Shown in pieces: positions 38,001 to 50,835 of a stretch of 64,000 nt of DNA. The stretch is taken from the NCBI GenBank assembly GCA_951406725.2, contig OX597834.1:26536001-26600000 (forward strand). The letters are read 5' to 3'. The DNA comes from Octopus vulgaris. Lineage: Eukaryota. The notes below the pieces were generated by a model, which did not search any database, was not told the origin of the DNA, and was given only the letters and a program-made list of their open reading frames with translations. A program made the position numbers and the translations under genes. Numbering within the stretch: the first letter of the stretch is position 1; each line of letters starts with the position of its first letter.

Positions 38001-38092
38001 GGTGCCTGAAGGGCAAAGGTAGGGTTTACATTTTTTTAAAGTTAAATTGATATTGAAGGATTGTAAAACTGTCAAGTTTCTTTCTCTTTCAG

Positions 38093-38218
38093 TTTAAATG
38101 CTGTGGTGTGGAGAAATCATCTGAATGGCAAAAGGTTTATACAAATACTACTTTGCCAGATTCGTGCTGCAAGAGTGACAAGGGATGCGATGAATCAAGC
38201 AAGGACAAATACCAAATT
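38093..38218 (+). CDS. CD63: CD63-like tetraspanin, coding exon 5 (EC2 variable region)
   Basis: Acceptor tttctctttcag, FKCCGVEKSSEWQKVYTNTTLPDSCCKSDKGCDESSKDKYQI with CCG and PxSCC motifs and an N-T-T sequon, donor GTAAGT. 126 nt. Confidence 0.95.
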
Positions 38219-38856
38219 GTAAGTCTACAGAGTTTTGTGCATTTTTCATTCATCATCTGTTTTTCCATGTTGCTGTGGGTTAGGCAGTTAGAGAAATGGT
38301 GTCACGAGCTGACTTCTCTATTCTGTAATGTTGTATGTATATATTTATGTATGGTTGCATTGCATGCACAAACTAGCATTGCCGTAGTAGTCAAATAGCT
38401 GCATGCCTCCAAAGATTTCCTGAAGAAGGAAGTCTTAACCTTGAAATACTAAAATACCTGTTACAAGTAAAAGACCATTGATTTGTATTATTTCTTATAA
38501 CAATAATCCGATCGTGGCCGTTTGCCAGCCTTGTCTTAGACCTGCGCCGGTGGCACGTAAAAGCACCCACTGCACTCACGGAGTGGTTGGCGTTAGGAAA
38601 GGCATCCAGCTGTAGAAATATTGCCAGATCAGACTGGGCCTGGTGCGGCCTTCTGGCTTCCCAGACCCCAGTTGAACCATCCAACCCATGCTAGCATGGA
38701 AAGCAGACACTAAACGATGAACTTGCACTGTTTTGGCCTTTATAAAAAGAAAATTAAAAGCATTTAATTTTCTATATCTAAATGGATGACAACAGTCACT
38801 AAGCAAGATTGCCAAAATCCTTGGAATAAAACAAGATTTATAAACCTACTTCATAT

Positions 38857-39247
38857 AGGTGTAGGAGTGGCTGTGTGGTAAGTAGCTTGCTTACCAACCA
38901 CATGGTTCTGGGTTCAGTCCCACTGCGTGGTACCTTGGGCAAGTGTCTTCTACTATAACCTCGGGCCGACCAAAGCCTTGTGAGTGTATTTGGTAGACGG
39001 AAACTGAAAGAAGCCCATTATATATGTGTATATATGTATGTATGTGTGTGTGTGTGTGTTTGTCCCCCCAACATTGCTTGACAACCGATGCCCGGTGTGT
39101 TTACATCCCCGTAACTTAGTGGTTCAGCAAAAGAGACCGATAGAATAAGTACTAGGCTTACAAAGAATAAGTCCTGGGGTCGATATTTGCTCGACTAAAG
39201 GTGGTGCTCCAGCATGGCCGCAGTCAAATGACTGAAGCAAGTAAAAA
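38857..39247 (+). mobile_element. tRNA-derived SINE family A (CORE-like CCTTGGGCAAGT, internal TA/TG microsatellite)
   Basis: Pol III-like head GGAGTGGCTGTGTGGTAAG...GGTTCAGTCCC. The most abundant element here, e.g. 5280-5700, 19403-19785, 20913-21300(-), 21657-22059(-), 39943-40350, 49320-49634, 56950-57300(-), 60294-60677. Confidence 0.9.
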
Positions 39248-39589
39248 AGTTAAGTTATAAAAAAAAATGGTTTTCATATGGTTCCTTTTTATCTTTTTTC
39301 TCTCTCTCTCTCTCTCTCATTTTTTTTTGCTTTGCTTCTCTTCTGTGTCCCTCTTTATTCTTACTCTTTTTCCCGCCTTTCTCTTTCTTTCATTCTCTTA
39401 GAGTTCTTTTTTACTTTGTCACTCTTGAACTTCTGGCCTTAGGATTGTGAAACGCCCTAACCAACCAAACCACATACCTTCAATGGTTGTTACTCTATTG
39501 CCTTTACTAGATGTCAGTCAGCATTTTATTTACCATTAGTATAATTTGATAACACTCATCATAAATTGTGGCTTTTATTTCTATTTCAG

Positions 39590-39673
39590 GGTTGTGCCGA
39601 TGCATTTATTTCCTGGTCAAAGAGTAATTTGGCGAAAATCGCAGCTGCAGGCCTTGCCCTTGCTTTTATTCAG
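39590..39673 (+). CDS. CD63: CD63-like tetraspanin, coding exon 6 (GC motif, start of TM4)
   Basis: Acceptor ctatttcag, GCADAFISWSKSNLAKIAAAGLALAFIQ, donor GTAAGC. 84 nt. Confidence 0.92.
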
Positions 39674-40093
39674 GTAAGCATTTAAGCTGGAAATTGCATC
39701 CTTATGTTGAAGTGTTAGCAAATATCAGTTTGGTGGAGAAGTGTTGGGAAGGGAACCAGAATGGGTCAGGGAAGAGAAGGAGGTGACAGATGACAGTAGG
39801 TGGGATATAGTGTGAATTATTGGGATAAATGGTATTATTTACAGCATTTGAGCAAATTAGAGGAGTGGAGAGATGGGTTTTAGAAGATGAGTATTTGGTG
39901 GGGGACTTGATGGGACCAAACTTTTGCTTTTTATGTCAATATAGGCGCAGGAGTAGCTTGCTAACCAACCACATGGTTCTGGGTTCAGTCCCACTGCGTG
40001 GCATCTTGGGCAAGTATCTTCTGCTATAGCCCTGGGCCGACCAATGCCTTGTGAGTGGATTTGGTAGATGGAAACTGAAAGAAGCCCGTCGTA

Positions 40094-40136
<43 letters not shown>

Positions 40137-40792
40137 ATGTTTGTGTGTCTGTGTTTGTCCCCCTAGCATTGCTTGACAACCAATGCTGGTGTGTTTATGT
40201 CCCTGTTACTTAGCGGTTCAGCAAAAGAGACCGATAGAATAAGTACTGGGCTTACAAAAGAATAAGTCCCGGGGTCGAGTTGCTCGATTAAAGGCGGTGC
40301 TCCAGCATGGCCGCAGTCAGATGACTGAAACAAGTAAATGAGTAAAGAGTATAGCTACAATTTTTTTTTTTTTTTGTTTATGGGTGTCTTCTGTCAATGG
40401 AAAAGAGCAATTTTGGGGAGGTGGAGAGAATACTCAAACTAGTCACGATAAAATCTTTCCAAGAGTGAAAGACTAATCTTACAGTGGCTGAAATCAGAAG
40501 CAAAGCTCTCAAGTGTGGCAAGGCAGCTGGGGTGGATGAAATTTGGCCACAGATGCTAAAAGGTATTCAGTTACTGACTTGTGTATAGCAGGTGGCTTGG
40601 ATCACTTGAAAGACACTGAAGCAATGACAATCCAGAGTGGTAATCCCAATTTTTTAAAAAGGAAATTTGTGCTCTAATAACAGGAACAAAGATATTAAAA
40701 AAAAAATTAAGACTACTTGTATTATTTACTCTAACCATTGCTCATTAGATGTATCTTTGTCTAAACCATTGCTAATTTTTTTTCTATTCCAG

Positions 40793-40858
40793 GTGATTGG
40801 TATTGTGTTCGCTTGCTGTTTGGCTCAGGCTATCCGGAAAGAATATGAATGTGTGTAA
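40793..40858 (+). CDS. CD63: CD63-like tetraspanin, last coding exon (end of TM4, YxxPhi tail)
   Basis: Acceptor tttctattccag, VIGIVFACCLAQAIRKEYECV then TAA. The C-terminal YECV resembles the CD63 GYEVM lysosomal sorting motif. Orthology to CD63 rather than another tetraspanin is inferred. Confidence 0.93.
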   Translation: MIGIVFACCLAQAIRKEYECV

Positions 40859-42704
40859 AACCTATCTTATGTAGAAGCAGCTAAACCAGCAATTTTTTGT
40901 TCCCAGAAAACCTGCTGATATGTTTTTGTTAATTTTTTTTTTTTCCTTGTCTGTATATACATTTGGTCTATCTCTGTTGTTAACTTCTATTTTTCTGACT
41001 CTATATTATATTAACTAGCAGTACAATAAATTAAAAATATATATGAACAAATGATAATAAAAACATTAATGAAAATTTATTTTTTTTGCAAATGGAAAAT
41101 GGTTGCATACTGTTGAAAAGAGAAATAGCTCCTCTTCATACTAATAGGTTTCTGCCAAGTTTTAGATTAATTTCCTCCCTATTTTCTCTCAAATCTGTCC
41201 CCTCCCCTCCTTTCTTTTTTTTTTTTTTAATTCATAGATTATATTGCTTTAGCATTTATTAGCTTTTCTGTTTTTGGAATTTTCTGTCTTGAGTTTTTTT
41301 GTAAACTTTCAATGTAGAATTGAAATGATCAATTCTATCGTGTTTAATGTTTTATTTCATTCTAGTTAATTTCTGTTAAAAGCTGCTTTTTAATATATAA
41401 TGTACATATATATATATATATATATATCTATATATATATATTTGTGTACATTTTATATATATATGTATACACACACACGTGTATGTGTGTGTATGATATA
41501 TAGAACTCCATTGAAATATTTTTCATAATTCATTTTTGTCATCCTTTGGACTACATAACTGTAGTCCTCTCTTCCTTTTCTCTTTCCTTTTCTTCATCTC
41601 TCTCTCTTTCTCTCTCTCTCTCTCTCCAAGTTGAGAATAAATAAAGAGGGCATGGTTTAGTTTTCTTGTTTTGTGAAAATTGTTGAAAAAAAAAAAAGAA
41701 AAAACCCACCCCCTTAAAGAAAAACAAAAGAAAAAACAGGAACTGTTGTAACATTTTTTGTAAAGGTCAGAAAATGAAGACAACTAAGGAACTCTCCACC
41801 TTCCTGAAGAAGGAAAAAAATGACCTGTAAAGTTATTATTGGCTGCCGCCAGGAGTTAACGTAAAATCTTGACAGTGGCATCCTAGTTATCAAGTGAAAA
41901 CTTTCCTTTATTTAAAGAATTGTTAAACCTTTTGAAATGGTACCGCATGGAATAATTTTACCAAATTAGTTAGCAATTTACATTGGTACATTAATAATTT
42001 CTTTTCTTAAACTAGTTTGTTTATTTTTTTACATCTTCTTTTTCTGTGAAATATTTTTTGGTTACACAAATTTTGTGTAGTTTACAGTGGAAAAAAAAAA
42101 AAATATTTCTGTATTTATCGGAGACAATTCTATATTTTCAAGTTGCATGTTGGTCAGTAACATGGTTTATATATTTTTATATTCTTAATATTTGGGGATA
42201 TATATGTATATATGTATGTAAGTATGTATACATACATATATGTAAATATATATGTAAAAATATACACACTGTCAAGGGCAAAAGATCATTTAGATATTTG
42301 TTTAATATTGGAAACTTTGTTTATTCGTTTTCCATCAATGTTGAAACTGTTCTTATACAAAAAAGAAAAGAAGGCCCTATGGCTTACTATTCCATTTGCT
42401 GGCATTAAAACACTAGTAGAGGAATGACTAAGTCATGGGTTCGATGTGCAAGAGAGACATGCACATGAAAAGCACTCACATGCATGTAAAACACATTAAC
42501 ACAAACATCACGTTCTTGAATTCTAATTATTGTTGTAATCTTAGAAAAGATCTTGGTTCTCTATAAACCCACTGTCAGTGCCTTTGTCTTCATGCTTGTC
42601 TTTTGCATGGTGGCCTTTGACCATTTTGTTAACTCACTGGCTGTGCCAGCTGTTTATCTGTAATAATATAAACTCATCCCTGTACCTCCTTAAATAATAA
42701 CAAT

Positions 42705-42750
42705 AATAAAATTTGTTCTCAACAATTCTGTTTTCGTTTTCTTAATTTTA
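42705..42750 (+). terminator. Probable distal polyadenylation signal of the tetraspanin mRNA
   Basis: AATAAA at 42705-42710 followed by a GT/T-rich stretch, at the end of a 1.85 kb region with no recognisable interspersed repeats. Proximal AATAAA at 41025 and 41056. Confidence 0.5.
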
Positions 42751-43439
42751 TTTTTATTTTATCTAGTTTCAGCTCACGAGCTGTGGCCATGCTGGGGCAC
42801 CGCCATAATATTTATTTTTTTATTTTATTTTACTCTATTTAATTTTTGTGTAAAGGTGCAGTCTTGGCTGTGTAGCTAAGCTTGCTTCACAACCATGTAG
42901 CTTCGGGTTCAGTCCCTCTGCAGTATCTTGGGTATCTACTATTATAGTCCATGGAAAATTTTAATTTAAATAAGCTTATGTTTGTTATAAAAGCAGGGGT
43001 GGTCTCAAGGGGGGGGGGTTCCCATCCAACAAATTACTCTTACAAGGTAGTGGGGGAGGCTAACCCAAGGCTACAGAAAATGTTACTTGACCATGATGCC
43101 ACACAGTGGGACTTGAACCTGGGCCCTTGTGCTTGCAAAGCAAACTTAACCATTTTGCTATTCTGTGTATATCAGTGAGGTGGGGGTAAGACAAACTGAT
43201 ACTTCTCAATTAAGTTCCCTGTGATATTCACTCTACCCAAGTTGAACAGGAAATCTCATTTTACCATTATAAATGCAAATATTTAATGACGGTGGGGACA
43301 CAGTATTTTGTTATGCAACCATATTACAATTCTGAAAAGTTTGTGCCGATTATTTTTATTTTTTATTTTTTTTTTTTTTAAAGGAAAGAAAAAGGTCAAA
43401 TACTTGCCATTACATTTTTAATCAACCAAATATATAATA

Positions 43440-43727
43440 ATAATTATAATAATTGTGTACAGTGCTCAGGTGCACTACAACTCATCTAAAGTATATATAT
43501 AATCAGGTGTAGTTTCAGCGGATTACGGAAAGCATGAGAGCCTTAAAGGATGCAGTGTCATGGCAGTCAACAACTGACGCAGGCAGTTTATTCCATGCTT
43601 CAGCAACTCTGAGCGTGAAAAAATGTTTCCGAAAGTCATGGGAGCTGTGTTGTTTTCTGACTTTGTAGGCATGTCCACGTGTGTTAGACACATGGAGATT
43701 AAAAAGGTCACAATGTGTCTCAATCAT
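43440..43727 (-). mobile_element. CR1-clade LINE 3' fragment
   Basis: TRGHAYKVRKQHSSHDFRKHFFTLRVAEAWNKLP is the CR1 ORF2 C-terminal motif (TRGH...FF..RV...WN.LP), followed by an (ATT)n-like tail. Confidence 0.85.
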
Positions 43728-44170
43728 TCCTTTAACTTGAAAATACCCTCTTCCCAGAAATGAGATGGTTTCATGGCAAAGAATTCAAGGTATCGTTTTA
43801 CGTCATCCAAGGAATTGAAATTTTTACCATTAAGACTATTCTACAGAGACCTGAATAAGTGGAAATCTGAAGGGGCAATATCTGGTGAATATGGAGGGTG
43901 GGGTAACACATCCCAGCCGAGCTGCAGCAATTTTTGTCTGGTTCCCAAAGCATCAAGTGCTGAAAATGAACTTTCTTATCTTCCATTTTAAAGGGTTTCA
44001 GAATTAACACAGGTTATAGGAACATAAACCTTCTTCCACGAAAAGATAGCTTAAACTGTGCTCTAAATGGAGGTGTAGTCAAATCCTATTTTATGGACTC
44101 AACCATGTTCTAAAATAAGTCGAAAGGTAAGCTACTATAAATCAGCATGAACTTTCCGGTCAGCCCAATA
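43728..44170 (-). pseudogene. Internally deleted mariner transposon, abutting the CR1 fragment
   Basis: TA plus TIR TATTGGGCTGACCGGAAAGTT at 44170. ATG at 43986 (MEDKKVHFQHLMLWE) joins out of frame to LGWDVLPHPPYSPDIAPSDFHLFRSL (YSPDxAPxD motif), followed by a stop. Confidence 0.85.
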
Positions 44171-45135
44171 TATTGAACGTTTTTATAAGTCAAACTGTTC
44201 TACTGTGTTAACAGTGCTATTACATCACTTGTTGGTCTCTATGGATTTTCTATAGAAATTATAACCAACACTGACTTAAGATGTTTTTTGTTTTTTTTAT
44301 CTCAGCATGCTTAATCTAAACAATGCAACTGAAGATAGTGTATTACCATATTTCAGGAGTTTTGCTCCTTCATCAGTGTCCATTAACCGTGCACACTGTC
44401 AATGCTTTATTAGCCACTAAATATATATTTCTTTACTACCCACAAGGGGCTAAACGTAGAGGAGACAAACAAGGACAGACAAAGGTATTAAGTCGATTGC
44501 ATCGACCCCAGTGTGTAACTGGTACTTAATTTATTGACCCTGAAAGGTAAAGTCAACCTCGGCGGAATTTGAACTCAGAACGTAATGGCAGATGAAATAC
44601 GGCTACACATTTCGCCCAGCATGCTAACGTTTCTGCCAGCTCGCTGCCTTTTAGCCACTAAATATAACCATGTAGCATCCAAGAAGCTGGTAAGTAAATA
44701 ATCAATGACTTGCAGTGAACCAATGATAAGCCTGTTATGAACTTGTAACTGACTTTGCTGAATTTCACATGCAAAGAATAAACTAGAAAATAGAATTAGA
44801 ATAACTGCCAGCTACAATCTAAATATATTTCAGCTGTCCTTAACCCTTTAGTGTTTAAACTGGCCATATCCAGCCCAGATATTCCACATATTTTATATTC
44901 AAACTGGCCAAATCTAGCCTCTCACACCTAACCTACATTGACATTCTAAAAATAAACAACCACATCATTGAAACCTCAAAGCTATAAGATAATGCTTGAT
45001 TAATTCAAAACAATTTGAGTGGAAAAGTATTAGATTTAACAGAGTAATCTGAACACTAAAGGGTTAACATCTAAGATTGCCTGAAATATTTCAAAGAACA
45101 GTTGTGTGTTTTAAAGAAAGGTTAAATCTTTCGGC

Positions 45136-45141
45136 TTTATT
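45136..45141 (-). terminator. Probable ARMC4 polyadenylation signal
   Basis: AATAAA on the minus strand about 70 nt after the stop codon. Confidence 0.5.
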
Positions 45142-45210
45142 TGCTTAATTTTCAAGTTAACATGTAAAAACAAATGAAATTGTTGAACTGCATTTTTGAT
45201 GCAATGTTTC

Positions 45211-45321
45211 TCAGCTTGACCAGTTTGCATTTGTGCGAGCCAGGCAACGTATGTTACCGATACAACCAGCAGCAGCTTCCTGTAAACTGATATCTGTGGT
45301 TCCGACCATCTTCATAAGTGG
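45211..45321 (-). CDS. ARMC4: ARMC4/ODAD2, last coding exon
   Basis: Acceptor ...gcaccag, PLMKMVGTTDISLQEAAAGCIGNIRCLARTNANWSS then TGA. LQEAAAGCIxNIR is the conserved ARMC4 C-terminus. Confidence 0.92.
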   Translation of the reverse strand, partial: PLMKMVGTTDISLQEAAAGCIGNIRCLARTNANWSS

Positions 45322-46010
45322 CTGGTGCGGCAGACACAAAATATGAAAAGAGAAAGAAATAGAAATTGATGGAATTAGATGAAAATATTTTTTTCTAGTT
45401 TAGTACAAGGCCAGAAATCTTGACTTTGCTCAAAATTATTTTGAGCCTAGAAGGATGAAAAGCAAAGTTGACCATAGCAGAGTTTGAACTCAAAATAGAG
45501 TAAAAGAGTAATAACTGACCAGATATCACCCTCCTACTGAAGAAGTTCAAAGAATGGACCATCCGTTGATGTTGCTAAACCTGCAGATCAGAATATTCTG
45601 AAGACAGGATGAGAAAGTATTGAGATCTAGGATAGGATGTGAAAAGAATCCATAAAGCCTGAAAAGTGAGTGTGGTACCTATTGTGAAAGGAGCACTTAG
45701 GGTCATCTCAAAGAAAGCAATATTCTGGTATCAATAGCTGCAAATACCAAACTTCATGGGAAGTATTCAGTCAGCCAGCCCAGTACTTAAAATGCAGTCC
45801 ATAATTGCCATCTTCCCATGACAACACTTCCATTCCTACTGTCTGTCTCAATATTATTAGTATTATTATGTTGCCTTTTCTCTGCTGTCTCTCTCTCTAC
45901 CATTAATCTTTATTTATGATCCTTCCTTCTTCCTCTCTCCCTACCTCTCTCTTTTACCTTTCTTTTTTCCCTCTCCCTGCTATCACGTTTTCTTTACAAT
46001 CCCTCCCTCA

Positions 46011-46045
<35 letters not shown>

Positions 46046-47087
46046 GTCCTGCCTCTCTGCTGCAAACAGTTAACCATACAATGTAGAGCAAGTGAAGTAG
46101 TGTTTAGTGTGGAATTTGATTTTTAATTTGTGGCTTTGCTCTAGAAATAGTGGATTCTCGCCTAAAGTCCAGTTAGACAGAAACATTCCAATAATTAAAT
46201 AAAAACAACTGGAACAATTTACAACGAGACATTACCCTCCACTTCCTGTCATATGTTCAGACCAAAAACATAAAGATGAGCAATGTCAACATCAACGTTG
46301 GTCATAACTATAACAATAACAGTATAACTCTGTTGTCTTTAGCAGAGTGTCCACTTTGTTTGCAAGTCAGACAACAGTAACTGAGAACCCTGGCAAAGTT
46401 GCTGCAAAAAAAGGTGGGGATTGGGAGGGCTGCCTTTTCACCCCTGATTATGTCTGGACAGAGGGTACTGAAACAAGGTTCATCAGAGGATCCACCACAC
46501 TAACAAATTGATTCTGTTGTTAATTAATCAATTAATTTCCTTTGTTTTCGACTTTTTTTTATTATTTTGCAAACCTTGACAAAACAAAAACATGGAGAGT
46601 GTTTGCATATTACCACCATAGTGTAAAAAGGGAGCACTAAGCCACTAAAAGGTGACATCCTCTAGTCTGAAGAAACATAATCAAGGGTCCTAAAACCAAG
46701 GTGCAACATAAAAGTCACTGGTGATGGTGCCATGTAAAAAGCACCCAGTATACCCTGGTATTAGGAAGGGCATCCATCTGTAGAACCCAAACCAAAACAG
46801 ACTATGGTGTGGTCCTCCCAATCCCCACCTTTTTTTGCAGACTACAGGAATACTTATAGAAAAGACGCAACAATAAAAGATTTTGATGATGAGCCAAAGA
46901 CTCCATCTTAGTAGAAAGAACAAGATGATGGTTATGAGTTCTAGAGAGCAGCAGTTCAAGGAAAGGGGGAAAGAATAAACGGACTTATGACTAACAGGAA
47001 GCTCAACAGGGAAATGATGCACCTGAGAAGGTAAGCAGGTGACAGAGGATAATAGACCAGAAAGTCCACTAGAGCAATGACCATGGA

Positions 47088-47332
47088 AATCATCATCATC
47101 ATCACCATCTTCATCATCATCTTCATCTTCATCTTCATTCATCATCATCATCTTCATCTTCATCATCATCATCTTCATCATCATCATCATCTTCATCTTC
47201 ATCATCATCTTCATCATCTTCTTCTTCTTCTTCATCATCTTCATCATCATCATCATCATCTTCATCATCTTCTTCTTCTTCTTCTTCTTCTTCTTCTTCT
47301 TCTTCTTCTTCTTCTTCTTCTTCTTCTTCTTC
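47088..47332. repeat. (CAT)n/(CTT)n compound microsatellite, expanded SINE D tail
   Basis: Read directly; gives spurious poly-E/D, poly-K and poly-H ORFs. Confidence 0.9.
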
Positions 47333-47963
47333 AATGTTTGACATCCATTTTCCATGCTGACGTGAACTAGACAACCTGATAGGAACTGGCAAGGCCAAGG
47401 ACCAAACCATAGTCTGTTTTGGCTTGGGTTCTACAGCTGGATGCCCTTCCTAATACCAGTGTATACTGGGTGCTTTTTACATGGCACCATCACCAGTGAT
47501 TTTTATGTTGCACCTTGGTTTTAGGACCTCAGTTTCGTTGTGGTGGGCATGTCTTCTCGAGTGTAGCAATGTGCCACATACCTCGTCCTCTGCCATCTCC
47601 TTTGTAAGATTCAGCATTTTGAGACCAGCTTTCAATACTTTGTCTCATGTCTTCCCGGGTTTCCCTTTTCCACACGTTCCCTCCGATGAAAGTACATTCA
47701 GACAATGAGCTAATGACTCCAACTTAGTTGAAATAAAAAGGGCCCACCACACTAACAAATTGATTCTGAATTCTATCGAGCAAGTTAAGACACTTAGAGA
47801 AGGCACCAACCCAAAGAGAGCAGCAATATTTAAAGCAAAGCTAAATGGTGGCCTTATAGAAATTCAAGATACCCTCAGACTGTTCACAAAATATGATACA
47901 AAATAAAGGTCAATAAATACAGGATTCCTTTTAAGATTAACATGATAAATACTATTGCGTTAC

Positions 47964-48185
47964 CTTGACAACTCCAGCTTCGTACATTATGATACAATTA
48001 TTGGCATTCTTCGATAATTGGTAAAGAGCTCTGGCAGTAGAACGGTGGACATCTTCCTGGCTGGATTGTAGGTATTTCACTAGTGGTGCCACAGCATTGT
48101 GATTACCAAAAGACACTCTATTGTGTCCCCAGTTGCAGCAGCGTGCAATCGCCTCAGCCAAATTCTGGCGTAGTTGGTCGTTGGT
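47964..48185 (-). CDS. ARMC4: ARMC4/ODAD2, penultimate exon
   Basis: [74 protein letters not shown]. Acceptor ttcttccag, donor GTAACG. 222 nt. Confidence 0.93.
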
Positions 48186-48573
48186 CTGGAAGAAAGAAAT
48201 GTTTCGGAAATGAAAGACAATAATTATGTTGGAAAAATAAATTATAGGAAAAGAAACAATTCCATAAAATTGATCCCAGACTGGCAGACAATTCCTTTAA
48301 GAAATTCTTTGGAAAGAAAATGGTAGAGTAAAATGACAAATGAGAAAAAAATGGAAAGAAAACAAAAATAAAAATATTGAAATGAACAAAAGAAAAAGAA
48401 AAGTACAGAGAACTGGTTTAATTCCAACTAGGAAATGAAGATCTGTGTTCCAAATTCTAACTTCCTGAAATGAGAACTGGTGCTGATGAGAGAGCAAAGG
48501 AGAAAAAGGAAGAAGAGTCAGAGGTCTGAGAAATTCACCCAAATCTTTCTCCATCTTCATCAATTTTTAGCTC

Positions 48574-48607
<34 letters not shown>

Positions 48608-49938
48608 AATGAGTTCTCTACACTGAAATGCTGCTTGCAAATGTGGGACAATGCATTGACCATGCTCACATGCACACATGCAGATAGACATATATGCAAA
48701 TACACATACAGATACACATATACATACATACACAAACATTCTGGACACTCCCAGACTCTAGATCTTCCATCAAAAAAGTTTTAAAATTCCATTCATCTAT
48801 CTTTTCCTTTTTACTTGTTTCAGTCATTAAACTGGCCATGCTGGGGCACCACTTTGAATTTTTAGTCAAATGAATCGACCCCCCCCCTCGCCCCAGAACT
48901 TACTTTTTATGCCTGGTACTTATTCTCTTGGTCTCTTTTGCTGAACTGCTATATTATGGGGAGGTAAATGAACCAACACACGTTGTCAAGTTGTGGTGGT
49001 GGTGGTGGTGGTGGTGGTGGTGGCGGGGGACAGATGTAGACAGAAAGACATGCGACAAGTTGGCAGAAACGTTCGCATGCCAGGCGAAATGCTTAATGGT
49101 ATTTTGTCTACCATTACGTTCTGGGTTCAAATTCTGCCGAAGTCGACTTTGCCTTTCATCCTTTTAGAGTCGATAAATTAAGTACCAGTTACACACTGGG
49201 GTCGATGTAATCGACTTATTCCCAAGGTGTCATGCAGTGGGACCAAACCAGGAACCATGTGGCTGGGAAGCAAGCTTCTTAACACACAGCCATGCATATG
49301 CACGTGCACAAACTCATGGTGTCTTCTATTGCCTCAGGCCGACCAAAGCCTTGTGAGTGGATTTGGTAGACGGAAACTGAAAGAAGCCCGTCGTATATAT
49401 GTGTGTGTATATGTTTGTGTGTCTGTATTTGTTCCCCCAACATCGCTTGACAACCGATGCTGGTGTGTTTACGTCCCTGTAGCTTAGCGGTTTGGCAAAA
49501 AGAGACCGATAGAATAAGTACTAGGCTTACAAAGAATAAGTCCTGGGGTCGATATTTGCTCGACTAAAGGCGGTGCTCCAGCATGGCCGCAGTCAAATGA
49601 CTAAAACAAGTAAGAGAGTAAAAGAGTAAAAAGACCAGTTTAAGTACATGTAAGTTTACTTAATTTTTCTCTGTACTAATGGCCTTTTACCTGCTAGCTC
49701 AGATTTGACTCTGCAACACTGATTAATCTACTGAAACGAATATTTTCTGTTCACATTATCCAATTAATTTACACAAGTGCATTTATACAAACTTTCCTTT
49801 ATGGATGCTGTAAGTAAAGATTTGCTATGTTTCACTGTTGTAAATTAAAAGTTATATTCTATTCTGAATCATGTCCTAGCTAAAATTGCATTCACAAACC
49901 CTGATGTGTGCAATTATTATTGCCTTATTTTTATCAGT

Positions 49939-50256
49939 GAGGGCGCATGGCTTAGTGGTTAGGGCATTCGGCTCATGATCGTAAGGTTGTGAGTTCGATT
50001 CCCGGCGACGCGTTGTGTCCTTGAGCAAGACACTTTATTTCACGTTGCTCCAGTCCACTCAGCTGGCAAAAATGAGTTGTACTTGTATTTCAAAGGGTCA
50101 GCCTTGTCACTCTCTGTGTCACGCTGATTATCCCCGAGAACTACGTTAAGGGTACACGTGTCTGTGGAATGCTCAGCCATTTGCACGTTAATTTCACGAG
50201 CAAGCTGTTCCGTTGATCGTATCAGCTGGGACCCTCGTCGTCGTAACCGGCGGAGT
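49939..50256 (+). mobile_element. tRNA-derived SINE family E (GTGTCCTTGAGCAAGACACTTTA core)
   Basis: Head GGCGCATGGCTTAGTGGTTAGGG...GAGTTCGATTCCC. Its 3' half is shared with the family C element at 59705-59890. Related heads at about 13770(+) and 19242(-). Confidence 0.8.
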
Positions 50257-50550
50257 CTTTTAAAATTTTTATCAACAGCATCAGGTGTCTATCTTTTTGT
50301 TGGTGCAGAGGAAATAAAAGGTAAAAATTATAATTCCTTTTTATCCAAGGGCAACACAGTCTCACTGTATGGAACATTGGGCAAATATCTTCTACTATAG
50401 CACCAGGTTGACTAAAACCTTGTGAAAGGATTTGGTAGATGGAAGCAAAGACGTCCATCATGTATGTGTGTGTATGAATGTGTGTGTGAGTGTGTGAGTG
50501 TGTGTTTGTGTCCCTTTGTTTTGACATTGTGTAATGGTTGTAAATGAGCC

Positions 50551-50835
50551 CCATGCATTTCTAATTTTATGTGAAAAACATGTCTAGCCACAAGAAAATA
50601 TTAACTTGCTTTGAAACCGGTGAGGGTTGGTGGCAGGAAGGGTATCCATGCATTTCTAATTTTATGTGAAACACATGTCTAGCCACAAGAAAATATTAAC
50701 TTGCTTTGAAACCGGTGAGGGTTGGTGGCAGGAAGGGTATCCATGCATTTCTAATTTTATGTGAAACACATGTCTAGCCACAAGAAAATATTAACTTGCT
50801 TTGAAACCGGTGAGGGTTGGTAGCAGGAAGGGTAT
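50551..50835. repeat. Three-copy 95-bp tandem repeat within a SINE
   Basis: Units start at 50551, 50646 and 50741 and are nearly identical. Confidence 0.9.

Noticed and set aside
45510-45770. Possible second, heavily decayed R4-like endonuclease fragment
   Set aside because: Only scattered residues resemble the motif, too degraded to support without an alignment.
46690-47410. Poly-K/M, poly-E/D and poly-H ORFs
   Set aside because: Open frames through the (CAT/CTT)n microsatellite. The same applies to the YI/HT/CV-repeat ORFs at 51.8-52.3 kb and 54.9-56.3 kb.
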